Positions 27,301 through 41,526 of a DNA stretch of 64,000 nt are shown here, piece after piece. How positions within the stretch are numbered: the stretch's first letter is position 1; each line of letters begins with the position of its first letter. The translations under genes were made by a program, and so were the position numbers. Source of the DNA: Nageia nagi (Eukaryota > Plantae > Pinophyta); the NCBI GenBank assembly GCA_050084985.1, contig JBITNC010000001.1, positions 160,518,001 through 160,582,000 of the forward strand, given 5' to 3'. The notes under the pieces are model-generated. The model ran no database searches, was not told where the DNA came from, and saw only the letters and a list, made by a program, of their open reading frames with translations.

Positions 27301-29099
27301 CATATTCTTTTTATGTGGCAAATTTAACCTTTTAAAACTCAAATGACCATACCTCATGTACCATAACCATGATTGATCTTAAAAAACAACCTTATAAATA
27401 ATAAGAATACCCTTTTGTAAATATAAGAGAAATATTTTATTTGTCTGAAAGGAAATTTAGCAACCAATCTTTTATGTTTGTAAAAAATGTATAGGCATCA
27501 TCTTCAAAATATAATTTGAAATTTTTTTTCACCAATATAACAACAATCATCAAACTTTATTTGAGTTCTGGAACAAACCAAACATCATGAATATATTTTT
27601 GATCTCCTTATTTGGTTATGATATTCGCTTTTCCTTTACTAGTAATAATAAGTGTCTTATTCTCTCCTAATTTACCACTATCTAGAAACCATACTCCATT
27701 TAAATTTTCTTGTGCTACATTACAAGAAAGAAACATGGAATCTTTATCATAATTTTGACATTGGTTTTCAACCTAACTTTCCCTAGAAAATTTGCATTCC
27801 CTTTACTCATATTATGTTGATTTTTCCTACAATCCCTTGCAAAATATCTAAACTTCTTGCAATAATGATATTGAAGTTTAGATTTATCATATCTTTAGGA
27901 TTCATGATAATTAGCCTGATTGTTATAACTTTCTCCTTAATTTTTTTGTCTCTTATATTCATATGCATTTTTCCATCTACTAGTATTACCATGATTATTG
28001 AATCTTCCACCTCTTGATCCTCTTTTATTACTTGCCTTGAATGCATTTTCAAGAGAAGAGCTTATCATATATATTCAATCTTTGTTCATGATTTTGTAAT
28101 GATCCCATGAGTTTATCAATGTAAAGAATATATAAATATTTTGATTCTTCTCCTATTACTACAACAATCAAATCAAATTTAGGTGCAAGATTACATAATA
28201 TTCTTTCTATAAATTTTTGATCCTATAAGGTTTCACTATGCATTCTAATTTCATTTATTATATGCAAATCTTTGGTAAAGAATTCTGAAATAAACTAAAT
28301 ATTTTTCATTCACAAACATTCAAATTCCCTTCTAAGCACTTATAATCTTAATAATTTTTCCTTACTATTGCCATGGTATGTCATTTGAAGATTATCCCAA
28401 GCTTGTTTAGCCCTTGTTGCTACCACAACCTTTAGAAACATTATTTCATCCATTGCTTGTTAGATAAAAAATAATGCTTTTGCATCTTTTTTCTTATTCT
28501 CCTTCTCAATATTTTTCTCAATGTATGTCAAGTCATTGAATGAATCTTCATTTCTAAATTCTACAAAACCTTTCTCCACTAAATCCCACAAATCCTAAGA
28601 ACAAAATAATGAACTCTCATCTAGATTCTCCAGTAATCATAATTCCTTATAAAAAAAGAGAGGAAGTTGAGGTTGTACATTCCCATTGCTAGCATTTTCT
28701 ATTATGGCTCTAATACTAATTTATTATAATCATCAAGTTTGTATACTACTATTGTAATAAATTTGAAGAATAACATGAAATTGAAATGGATTTAATAAAA
28801 AATAAATTAAAAATAACATTAACGGAACATAATAGAAATAAAAAGGTATTACTTAATGTTGTTGCAATATAAAAATTAACAAAAACCAAAGCTTTTTTAA
28901 TTTATTATATTTCAATATGATCCTACAAAATAGCCTTGTATAGGACTTTAAATTGATAACATAAAACCCCTAACTAAATACCTCAAAATACCATAAAATA
29001 CTAACAAATACATAACTACCAAAATGAATACAAAACATAACTACTGAGCACAAACAACTATCATAACCAAATACATATGTCAAAATTATTATTTCAACA
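24332..29099 (-). mobile_element. Full-length, highly degenerate Ty1/Copia element (Copia-2) inserted in the UGT
   Basis: LTRs 24332-24740 (TG..CA) and 28722-29099; TSD TCAAG (24327-24331) / TGAAG (29100-29104); PPT reverse complement TTCCCCTTTA at 24741; decayed Met PBS at 28707-28718; RNase H STIETEY..IYCDNNSTIELSKNHVFHKRIKHIDV..HFIKELV (24875-25129); RT YKRHIGSLIYLT (25337-25585); KCIFMGYSEYSKAYKFYNP (26471-26695). Confidence 0.95.
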
Positions 29100-29640
29100 T
29101 GAAGTGCAAATAAAATCCCTCACCGTAGGCATCCAAGCCAGCAAATAAGAATTCAATTAGAAAATAAAAGAATTCCTTAGTAGTAATATCAATTCCTATA
29201 AGTTTTTATCTAATGGATTCAATGAAGCAGCAAGTGAAAGGGGTATGGTAATCCAAGGTTGGGTTTCATAGAAACAAATTCTTATCCATCCGTCTATTAG
29301 ATGTTTTGTGAGTCATTATGGATGGAATTCCACTTTAAAGAGCATTTGTATTCGAGTGGCAATGGTGGCATGGTCGATGATATTTGACCAAGTCTTTAAT
29401 GCTATATTGGTGATGGAGGAGTTGAAAATAAGATGGCAAATATGTAAAGGTGATTGATTCAATATCATTTTGAGTAACCATGAAATGGAGAACATATTTA
29501 AGCATATGATGCTAAAAGAAAAAAGGGAAGGAGATTGATGAACGAGCAACCATCCTAAAAGAATCAATCAAGGGATGGTAGGGTGAGGCATGTGTTCAAG
29601 CTGTTGTGTTTCACTTCCATAGCATGAGTAGTCTATTGAA
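29100..29640 (+). pseudogene. UDP-glycosyltransferase pseudogene, 3' part with decayed PSPG box
   Basis: VQIKSLTVGIQAS..ERGMVIQG followed by a 44-codon PSPG box WVS*KQILIHPSIRCFVSHYGWNSTLKSICIRVAMVAWSMIFDQ (29260-29391). Confidence 0.92.
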
Positions 29641-31049
29641 TATATAAGGTCTATCTTATTGCTAAGCTATGTGCTACATTTTATTCATGTGAATTATATT
29701 AACAATAACCCTATTGTTGATCATATATACTAAACCTTAATAAAACCATAAATAATTTATTAAGGGATAGTTATGGATTATATGAAAATTGAATTAAGTA
29801 GAGGATTTATCTTAATATGTGTTCTCTTTTGATGAGTAGGTAAATTTAGAGTTTATTATTTATCTAAAATTCATTCCGAAATAATGGATTGTTTGATTAT
29901 TCCAATATAATTGTTCAAGTAATCTTTTCATCTATATTATATTTAAAATATAATAATTATTTTTAATTATAAAATAAATAATTAAAAATTTATTATCATC
30001 AAAGTTTTTCTACTATTGTATTATATTATGATTAATTAATAATAAAATATTTAAAGTTAATGTAAACATATAAAAAAATAAATGTTGATATATATATTTG
30101 TAATTTTAATATATAAATAAGTTCAAATACGATGCAAATAAAATTTGAAAATATTTTTGAAAAGTTTATTATAATAACAAGAAGATTTTTTAAAGGCTAG
30201 ACAAATATCGAATAAGATCGCTAGAAAGGTAAATTGATATGGTTGTACTAGCACTTTTATTTGATATAGATTGTGAAATAGTAAATATTTCCCCCTCCTC
30301 TTGCTTGTATATCCTTCCTTGAGCTTAGTATTTCTACAAATACATAAGGGTTTGAAGGCTAAATTTTGTAGGATAAGTTAAGGGTTACATGCTTTTGAAG
30401 GATTTCCTACCACACCAAGCTTGAGATCTTCATGATACACCTATTGTGGTAATATTCTTATGTTAAATTTCATACAATATTGCATATATTTTTTTTATCT
30501 TCAAGAATTTGTAGGTTTAAAACAATTATCACCATGGGAAATATTAGATCTATCAAGCTTTGTATCCTCCACTAAACATTATGTGCATTTAGTATACTTG
30601 TTAGGCTAAATTCATAATAAATTGAATTTCATCAATTAAATATTAATCTTTTATCCATATGTATGCATTAGTTTATGGTTTAAATATCTTTTTAGTCATG
30701 TGGGTATACTCTAATATCTTATATCGAAGGATTGTTAAAGATCTAGAACATTCATAGCATTTTAAATTTGCTTAGGGTTTGAAACATTAAATTACATAAT
30801 TGTTCTTAAATACTTGAAAAGAACAATTTAGATTTCTTCATTTCACCATAAAAATTATTAAAAGAGATTAAATACATAATCATCTTACATAATAGGCATC
30901 TATAATTTCATTATCTTCATTTATTTGGAGGCTAGAAGGCTCGAATTGCCATTTGATGTGAGGAAACTCACTCCAGTATTATTTAGGTTCCTTAATAGGC
31001 CTAAATTAGAGATATCCCTACCTAGATTAGATGAATGTGGGTCTCTTTA

Positions 31050-33500
31050 TCATTATTGTAAATTCTTGAAGCTTCATTTAAAGTTTAAGACATACTGTTA
31101 CCACAATCTTTTATCATTCTAATTGAGAATAGCACACAATATGTACAATGAAGATTTATGTGTGGTGCTAACTCATTTATGCATCTTAGTTCATTTTAAG
31201 TATGAATATTAGTGCACATTAAATGGTGAACCTATTTAAGATAGTCTTTTTATTGATGGTGCCATAAGTATTTGGATGCTAAATTCAGTTCATTGATGTA
31301 CACTTGTGATTGGGGTTCATTGTGGTGCAAGGGTGAGTCTAGAGAAGACTTATATAAGGTGATCACCTCAACATGTGTTACTTTCCAAAATGAATGTTAT
31401 GGGACTAGATATCACAAGGAAGCCATTGTATTTATAAATTGGTTAGAGGATCTAGGAGTAGCCTCAATATCATAGGCCTTAAAATATTCTTATAATTATT
31501 CCACCATGGCCTTGTATTACCTCATACGAGGTTGATTGCATGCGTAGATCCCTTTAATTTGGTTGAAAATTAATAAAGAATCACCATAAATATTTAAATG
31601 CTCATATTTCATTTCAATATCCAATTCAATCCCAATAATGAGTTCCTCATATTCTACGTTATTATTTGTACACTCAAAAGATAATTTAAAGGAAACCAAT
31701 ATAAGAACACCTGAGGGATTATGAAAATAGTCCTGGATCCTCCCCTTGTTCACAACATGAACCATCAAAATAGAAGGTTATACAATAGTCTTATTGCTAA
31801 ACCTCCTTCACTATCTCAAAAATGTTAAACAAGTTACTATCTAACAACTCTATATTAAAGGGAATGCCATCTTTTTATGAAGCCTTCACCAACTGATAAA
31901 AAATAACTTGAACTTTAACATATTTTTTAGTGATAAAATCCAAGTAAAACTCAATGAAAAATATGAATCATTTGGTAACTTTAGCATTGAGGACATTCTT
32001 ATTCATCATGTATTTTAATAGGTCCATCTTAGAGATAACATATGTTTTATGATTAATCTATATTGCCTAAGATTTTGTATCATAAAAATAATTACTAGAC
32101 ATAATTTATCAAGTTGGGCATACTTGGTATCATAAATTACCATAGTATGAATTATTAATATATGGATTTCTCTCATTTTTCATCATTTTATTTGACCAGC
32201 ATCAAGCGCAAAGCAAATTTCGTAGCAAAAATGTAAAGATGAAAAGGTACTCCCACACTAGGAGGAATCAATATGGAAGGTTGTGTGAGATAATGTTTAA
32301 TTACATGAAAATCCTCTTAGCATTATAAGTCTCACATAAATTTAGTGTTCTTTTTTAGTATTTCATGGAATGGACAATATTTATTAGATAATTATGTTAT
32401 GAATCTCTTGATTGCCTATTTTTTCTTATTATCTTTGTAACTATTTCAAATTCTAAGGAGGCATTTAATTTATAGCCCTAACATTATTAGGATATACTTC
32501 AATTCCACACTTTGATTTAATGAAACTTAAGAGTTTACCTTATAACACCCCAAAGGTACACTTTTTTATGATTAAACCTGATCTTGTAATATAACATTCA
32601 ATCTAAGATCTTGCATAGTGCCTATAGGTTAGACTCATTTGTTTTGTATTTAACAATTAAGTCATCCATGTAGTCTTTGACTATTTCATACATATATTCA
32701 TGCATGATGTAATTCATAGCCCCTTGATAGGTAACACCTACATTATTAATTCTGAATGAAATAACTCTATAACAATATGTTCCAAATGGCATTGTGAATG
32801 TTATTTTATGCTTGTCTTCTTCTATGATCATGATTTGATTGTAACAAAAAAAATGATCCATCAATGAGAACATTTCCTTACTAGTAGTATTATCCACTAA
32901 GGTATACATGTTTGAAAGTGTAAAGTCATCCATAGGGCTCACTTTATTAACATCCCTAAAATATTTGCAAATTCTTATTTTTCTAACTAGTTTGGTATGA
33001 TGATAGGATTAGACACCCATTACGGATAGGTAATGGATTCTATAAACTTAGTATTTAGAATTTTTTGAAGTTCAAAATTTAGTAATAGATACTTTTTAGG
33101 ATTCATTTAGGAATGATTTCTACTTTACTAGCTTTGCATCATCCCTTAAGGTCTAATGGTGTACCACTAGATTTGTGTCTAAACTTGGTATATCTTGATA
33201 GGCATAAGCAAATACTTTTATCCTTTTCTTGATCTACATACATCTCCACTCTTTCATTTCCTCTTTAGTAAGGCTTTGACCATACTACATAATTTTAGGA
33301 ATATTTTGGCCATTCCCAAAGTCAATTTCAATGTCCTTCTCTACTAGTATATGAGATCCATCCTCCCACTAATAGCTAAGATAGTGATAATAAGTAACTT
33401 CATCTAGTTCCTTCTCATAGGGATCGACATAGTCACACGAGAGAATAAAAAGGTCATGGGTGGTAAGATCGTTCATCAAAAGCATAGAGAAATCAACAAT
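31050..33500 (-). mobile_element. Degenerate Ty3/Gypsy pol of the Tat/Ogre type (RT, RNase H, additional RNase H, start of integrase)
   Basis: VFAYAYQDIPSLDTNLVVHH (~33165-33225); RT FSLMDHFFCYNQI..DKHKITF..GTYCYRVISF..YMDDLIVK (32622-32942); second RNase H FECTNNNVEYEELIIG..IYGDSLLIFNQIKG (31517-31768); LRCINE near 31180. Ends approximate. Confidence 0.88.
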
Positions 33501-35596
33501 ATCTTGGTCCATCATATGAAAATCATCAAAATCAAGAGGATGATAAAAAAGTGAAATGAAGGAAATTCCAACTATAATGATTTATTCAAATAGAAGGAAG
33601 AAATACAATACTAAGCTAGAGGTGAAGAGGGTGCTTAAAGGAGAAAATCCTCATAAGGGGAGGAATATTCCTCATAATCTCTCTCATCCTATATCTCATG
33701 GATTTAGGCTTTGGCTATTATAGTTTGAAGACCCTTGTAATCAAGTCCTCATTTATCTTTTTCACATTGAGTAGGTAATTGCCTAACATGTATCATTCCT
33801 TGCTCTGTAAAAATTGCAAAGCTATAAAACTTTCTACAAAGTTGCAAAAGTTGCAAGAAGTGAAAATAACTCTCAACCTTCGAGTAGATTGAGAATAAGG
33901 TATGAGTGAACTTCTCATACATGTCCATAAAATTTATCAAGAAAATTAATTTTATTTTGAAGAAATCATGAAAATTGACATAATTACTAATTTTGTTATG
34001 AATAATGAAAATTGATAATTTACAAGTTGTATTGAATTAACAATTTATTGAGTTTTGATATGTAAATAGTTGATGATATTATAAGTTTAAAAAGATTAAC
34101 GATGTAATGAATTGGTTATTTCATGAGTTTGATAATTTTGTAATGAATTAGTATGATTTTGAATGAGATTAGCATGTTACCTTCATAAGTAAGCTGGGCA
34201 TAATTAGATGGTCAATTTTGGTAGCTCTTAATTGGGAATGGGGTTATGTTAAGAAGTAATTTGAGTTGGTTTAGATTTAGTATCAGATGTTTAAGATAAA
34301 TATGATGTGAGTTCAACGTGGAATTCAATTGTTAGTTTAGATTTTTAGTGAGATTTAAGTATGTAAGACTTTGCCTAAGGTGAGGGGTAAGTCTTTTGCG
34401 AACATTTTATGGAATACTCTAGGTGTTGATGCTTAGAGTTAAAAATAAATTTTATATGATTAGATCAAATTTCATATTGTTACTCTCATAAATGATAAAA
34501 AAAATTGTTTTGGGATAGTTTTCATTGATGTTATTGAGTAGCATCACTTGACATAGTATTAAATTTGATATTAAAGGTTTTAGTTTAGTTTTGTATAAGT
34601 GAATTCAATCCAAAAAGTGGTCATTTGCTCTAATATTTTTTAAATTCCTTTATTCTTGATGACTTAAAATAATTCAATTCAACAACATTAAACACCTATC
34701 TTTTGCTCTTTATATTTAATGATGTTCTAGTTTTATTGATATTGTTGTATAGTTTTCTTTGTTCATGATTTGATAGTAAAATGATGTTATGCCTAATCAT
34801 ATCTTGCTTATCATATCATGTTTATTGTATAATGTTCGTTATACTAATCTTATTATTGGTCTCTTTATAATAGAAGGGCACTATTATCAAGACCTCTCCA
34901 AAAGGTGGGGCATGTTATTACTTTGAGGTATGCCCTTATAAGTGGGGTAACATGCTTGATATGATGATATTGGCTTATGCTTTGAGATATTATGATGATA
35001 TTAATATATGATATGTTCAAATTTTATTAGGATAATTGATACATTTAAAATGCTTTTGTATGTTATATCTTTTTCACATTATCCATGCATTTTTTGCTTG
35101 TGGAAAATTAATTTTCAAAAAATTCTCAAAAAATTCTTGTAATGTCATTGTATTCCAGGTGATGTTGTTATGTTAGTGAGGTCAAAATTATATATTTTTT
35201 CAAATTTTATTTTTTTGTATTAGTAATTGTATGAAAAAGGTCATTCACTTATACAAGAGAGTTTCTTATCATAATTTGTTTATCATTTTACATGTCCATA
35301 ACATACTTATCATGATTTCAAAAATACTTATCATATATTATCATTAATTACTTCTTGTTATATTTTATTACAAATATTATATCAAATTTTTACATGTTCT
35401 TAAGTGCAATATTTTTTTATCATATAATGCTTGTCATACATTACATGTCACTACTATTAGTGGATATATCTTATCATACTTATTGCTAAATGCTTACCAT
35501 ATCATCCTCTTGCTCTTATCATTAGCTCCTTTATGTTGAAGTGGTATGCTTATCAAAATCCATGGAAACATGGTGTCTTGGAGAACCAAGTTAGCT

Positions 35597-35766
35597 GCAT
35601 TCTTATCATTTGTTCCTATGTAAGGGAGGGGCATTCTTAGCATATATTCTTCTATAAGGGATGGGCATTCTTATCATTTGTTTCTTTGTAAGGGAGAGGC
35701 ATTCTTATCATTTATCTCTTTATAAGGGAGGGGCACTTTCATTATTTATTCTTCTGTAAGGGAGGG
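35597..35766. repeat. 34-bp minisatellite x5
   Basis: GCATTCTTATCATTT.TTC.T.TGTAAGGGAGGG units start at 35597, 35631, 35665, 35699 and 35733; typical of a retroelement 3' UTR. Confidence 0.92.
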
Positions 35767-36186
35767 ATAACCTTATCAAAATCAATTGAAATTTGATGGT
35801 TTGGGAAACCAATCCTGTTACATAAATTGGAATTTTATTCTCATACTCTTGATGACGAAGTCACCAAGGATAGTTCTTACATCTTATCCTTTATATAATT
35901 TACATATATTATGATGTTTAATGTTTATATTTGATATATGTTACACACAATATTTCTTGTCTAAGTTGATTATAAGTTTCTTTATATTTTCCTTAGATTG
36001 CTCCTATAATGAGAGGTCCACCATATCACAACCAAGCCAAAAAGGGGGTTAACATTGATGAAAAACTAGGGCATTTTAATATGTCATCATTAAAAATAAT
36101 TTAGGGAGCATTTTATTTCTTATTTTATTATACTTTGAATTTATGCTTTCATTATCTTTTTTTTCCAAAAGCATCAAATCATATTC

Positions 36187-36909
36187 AAAGTGGGGCATCT
36201 ATTAAATCCTAAAAAAGAATTTTAGTTTAATTAAAATACATTTTAAGGTATTTGAAATAATTTATTTGTGAAATTAAATAAACACTCTTATCATCATGCA
36301 CTCTCATCTACTTTTATGTTTTATGATAACATGTTAGTCTATATCACCATAAGTTCAAGGAGGAGCCTTCGAACTAGCCCTACTATGCATAAATGTGGAG
36401 GGGTTATGCATAAGGAATTATGAAATGATCTTTGAATCATTAATAAGTGGTAATATACTTATATCATTATTGATTAGTATTTCTTAATGTCATCTATCAT
36501 ATCTAGATTTTATTATAGACTGATCATATCTACATTTATGAAAATCTTTTCAATCCATTTGTGTGTGATATTCTAAGCTTCAAAGGGAAAATAATAACAT
36601 TGAGTTAAAAGGTGAGGCATTATGGAAAGGTAACCAAACATTATCATTGGGATACTTGGGTTGAGGTCATATTGGCAGCTTCATTCTTTAGGGAAGCTTT
36701 TCATTCTTCTCCTTTCAGTTGAATATCATCTTTGATCATTGTGATAGGTAAAACCTAGGTTTGCATCCTTTGTAAATCCAGTTTGATAAGTCAAGGTCAA
36801 TTAGATCATTTTCATCATATTTATTGCTTTGATTTTCTAGTATTTTTTAATTAATTAATTAAATTAAATCCTATAAATAACCTTAGTTATTATTATTTTG
36901 GTTATAACA
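36187..36909 (+). mobile_element. Probable PPT plus 3' LTR of a plus-strand Gypsy-type element
   Basis: Purine tract AAAGTGGGGC (36187-36196) followed by a ~710-bp segment ending GTTATAACA; preceded by a tandem-repeat-rich UTR. No partner LTR in the window. Confidence 0.45.
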
Positions 36910-39900
36910 ATAAACTTGGTAATGTTCTAACATAACTCACAATTATTTTTGAGAATGATATATTTTGTTGATTAAAAATAATTTACTTTCCTTTACCCAA
37001 CAAATATATAATCTTTGACTCCTCTTTGAGAATTTTGGAAAGTGATTCAATAATGTTAAGGATTTTTCAATAGAACCTAAATTTTTAGAAATAAATTCCA
37101 TAAGAAATTGAAGTTCAACCTTTTTGAATTAGATTCATAACCAAAAACTTTACATGGAGATATATTATGCTTATATGGGACCTACTCATTTTTTTATAAA
37201 GTATTTAAAATTCATATTTGGACTATCACTATTATAATCTCAAATCGGAATCATAGTTGATAAGAAGTTATTTCTTCTTAAATCTCCTATTGTTCTATAA
37301 GATATGAATGCTATGATTGCCTAATTATTCTATTATAGAATTTTATTTAAAAAAAAAAGGAGAGAAGATATAAGGACTTAAATACAACAAAGAATTTATA
37401 CAAGCTAAGAACAATAAATAAACCTTGAAGAGGAAGTTCAATGATTATTTTTGAAAAATCAATATATATGATATAATAAATTGAAGTTGTCCTCAAAGGG
37501 GAGTGGAGTTAATTAATATGATAGCTTCACTTCATTTTAATGTTGTATCTTATTTTTTAAAAGAAGATTGATTTATTTATTGAATAGTTTCTAAATTGTT
37601 GTTGGGTTATGGTACATAGAAATTATGCAAGTTTCTTACTCACATAAAATTTATTGATTTGTTCCCTCGAATTATAAATTTATTTGATTATTGATACATA
37701 TGAATTATGTATAAGTTTTTATTTCTCGTACAAAATTTATTAATGCATGATTTTATGTGTTTATTTTAAAACTAATGGAATATATTAAATATTTTAATTA
37801 TTCATTATTAAAATTGCATTTGCTAAATTGAATTCAAAAGAAGTTATGGGGTAACTTCAAGATTGAACAAGTTATTATTCCATTATGCATATATTTGTTA
37901 TTTTTTACGTAATTTGATGTGTAATATTATGATACGTGTTTATTTATAATTTATTTGTATGGCATAGATTTGTAAGAATTATTTATATTTTGTAAAATTA
38001 TATGTAATAGCTAAGCTTATACATATATTGTTATTTGCACTAATAATTACTCTTCACAACTGCATAAAGTTTTTGTTTGTTGCTTACAGCATGTCCATAA
38101 GTAACACATAGGTTATAAGGGATTCCTCATACTATGAGTTTCAAAGTAACTCATCATTACACATGTATGAAGATATATTAGAGAAAGATAAAAGAGTTAT
38201 AAAGATTCATCTGATGTATTCTCTCATAAGTATAATTTAATAAATACAACAAATAGAATTACTTTTATTACATTACAAATAAAAATTAATATTTCTATCA
38301 ACTTAATATGTATAACGAGTAGAAATTCACCTAATAATAAAGATATGATTCATCTTAAGGAATATTTAGATAGAAAATAAGTAGTTGTCAAATGAAAGTA
38401 GTTTAGAACATCATGTTCCAAATCATTCATATTTTGAAATAAGTGTTAAAAATGCTCAAAATCAATAGTAGTTATGAATGACTTAGATTATTATTTTTGA
38501 CTTAATGATTATATTGGTAGAAAACATGATTAAAATTGGTATCAATAATAATCCCTTCAACTATATTTGAATGATTTCAATAAAATTAACAGTTAGATAT
38601 ATTATATATGGTTTTTTTATGTATTTATTTTTTTGTTTACCTTAAAAAATTAATAAATGCATCACATGAATTATACATCCATTTTATGGTACACATATAA
38701 TAAACTATATACTTTCTCATTAGTTAAATGTTAGTATATATTGCACAAAATCATACTAGCTTAAGAAATATTTAAAAGAACTAACAAAACTCTTAATAAC
38801 CCAACCTTTTTGATTCCATAACATATATCTAACAACCACCCAAGGACTCTCATATCATAGAGGTTATTTCAGAAGAAAAACTATTATAATTCTTCTTTTA
38901 ATATCAATGTTTACTCTCTATTTATACAATTTAAAGTATCAAATATGTCACTAAGAAAATACATATAAATTATGAAGATGAAGAAAATGCTTAATAATCA
39001 AGCAAGAGAAGACACAAGAATACTAACTCATACTATTAAACTCTAGATTGTTGAAAAGAGAGTGAGAGAAAAGTTATAGTATAAGTCTCATATGCTATAA
39101 TTTCCATCTTGTTTAAAGAATAAAAAATATGCAAGTACAACACATAGGTCACAAGGTAATTTTCATGGTTCTATTTTTGGATCATTTCTCCTATTTTTAT
39201 TTTACTAAGGATTAATTTGATTCTTGCATTGTTGACATGATTAAAATGGAATTTGAATGAGTTTTGCTTTAACATATCTTCAACAAATGGGATTACGTTG
39301 ATCAATTTCTTACAAGTAATGAAATTAAAAATGGGTAGTTAATGTTAAGTGAAAGAAATAAATATCTTAAAACAAATTAATGTTAACATATTTATTATTA
39401 CTTTTGAAAAACTATAAATAATATTATATAAGATATTAATATTATTTATTTTATTGTTGATAATTTATTTTCAATAAATATTAACTTTTGAATAATTTAT
39501 GGTATTTATTACTATTATTATTACTAATTTGATAATGTTATATTATTTGTTAACTATCTACAATTTAATTATTAAATTGTAATTATTTTAAAAATTATAA
39601 TGAAGAATAATTTTTGAATTTTGAAAAAAAAATATTAATGATGATTCATCTCTAGGAGTTTCAAGAGGTTTTAAAATTGAAATGGTAGTTCTCCAAACAC
39701 CTAATCCTCTCTTATAAATGAAAATCATTTGGGTTGGACTAGTGATTGATGGAAAAGGGTTTTCAAGTATGGAATGAAGAGGAAGAGAGAATGATCGCAA
39801 AGATCAAAAGATGACAACATGAGACTTACATAGGGTTTCAACCAATTCAACTAGGGATCACTCTCAAATATTGCTTGTGATTTCTTTGATTGGTGTTTGC

Positions 39901-41526
39901 TCAATATAAGTCCCCTTGATTTATGATCATACTAATGTATGTATTAGAAATATTTTGTAATTTTATTTGAATTTTTGAAATTTTTTTGGAAGTATATTAC
40001 TTATTTTAAGGGAGAATACAAAATATAATTTTAAATATGTATGTTGTTTGTAAATTGAGAAATAAAACTTCAAAGAAAATCTTAAAGAAAAACCCATCAA
40101 CATGTTTTTCTCATATTTGAAAATGATCATGTATTGAAAGAAATATATTCATGTCAAGATTCTCAGATTCTTTGGGTCTTAATAACTTTGCAGGGATAAA
40201 TAATTTAAAATATTATTATTTTATTTTTAATCTAAAATAATAAATAATTTAAAATATTATTTATTAAAATAATGAATGCACTAAAATAAAAGTTCTTACA
40301 AAACTATAAATTATTACTTTAAGAGAGTTTAAGATAATAAGGATTTACAATTATTTATAATGGTCCACCTAAAATTATTTATTATATAAGTAGATTGTTA
40401 GATAATAAATAATAATGAATTTGAATTTTTATATGAAATAAATAAAAATTAAATGTTTGTTTAATTGCAAGTGAATTAGACAACAATAAAAAAATGATAT
40501 TTTTTAATTTGTGTTTTCTTTAAAAGAAATGATAAGTGTATTGAAGTTCAACTTAAGGGAAAATTAATATTTTATTTTCTAATTTGCATGTTATTATTTA
40601 ATTAAAAATGAATTTTTTTTATTGTTGATAATTAATATTTATTATTTAAAACATAATTTTAAATAATAAATTTAAGTAAAAGTAAAATTTTTTATTGTTG
40701 GTATTTATTATTTTAGTAAATTTATAAAGAAAATGTGTTATATTTTAATTTGAATCTAACAAATAAATACATAAATAGACAAAGAAAAAATCAATTTCAA
40801 ATATTAAAATATAACATAATTATTTAATTAAATAAATATTTTAGAATAATCAACTAATAAAATAAATCTCATCAATAAATAAATAAATTAAAAAAGCATG
40901 GATTAAATAAATAAATAAATAATATATAAAATATTCAGATCATATTTATAGGCATAAAGTTGCAAAAATATTTATTAAAATTATTTCTTATAAACGATGT
41001 TACATATCTCCCAGTTTGGCGCGCGCTTGGGGGACGCTGGTAACGGTGAATTGATATAGGTAGACTACTACTATTGTTTGTTATATTTGGTGAAACAGTG
41101 GCGTAGCCTATTGTGGAGGAAGTTGTGCCTTTGGTAATATGAAACTATCATATTCTATGAGAAGTTGTCATAGTTGTGCGTTAAGTCACACAATAAAAAA
41201 CTTGGCAGGCACCCTCCAAACTTTTGAGTTAACACATATGTGGATGAGGTTGTCTTGCACAATACTTATATTTGGATGAATCAAATTTAAGCCTGCAGCT
41301 ATTGATGAGTGAATGAAGGAGCCTGCTGGAAGAGCATTATTGGTGATATAGATTGTAGGAGCACCTATATTTGCAGCAAGTAAAATCTTATAGCCATGTA
41401 TTTATTACAAAAATATTTATATCTAAGATCAAATTTAATTACAAATATATTAATTCTGGTTAGATATGGATTTCGTTTCATTTGGATTGGTTGTTTTCTT
41501 TGGAATTTATTTATTTATTTTATTAT

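Noticed and set aside
35597-35766. CRISPR-like regular repeats
   Set aside because: Head-to-tail units without unique spacers, eukaryotic retroelement context, no cas genes.
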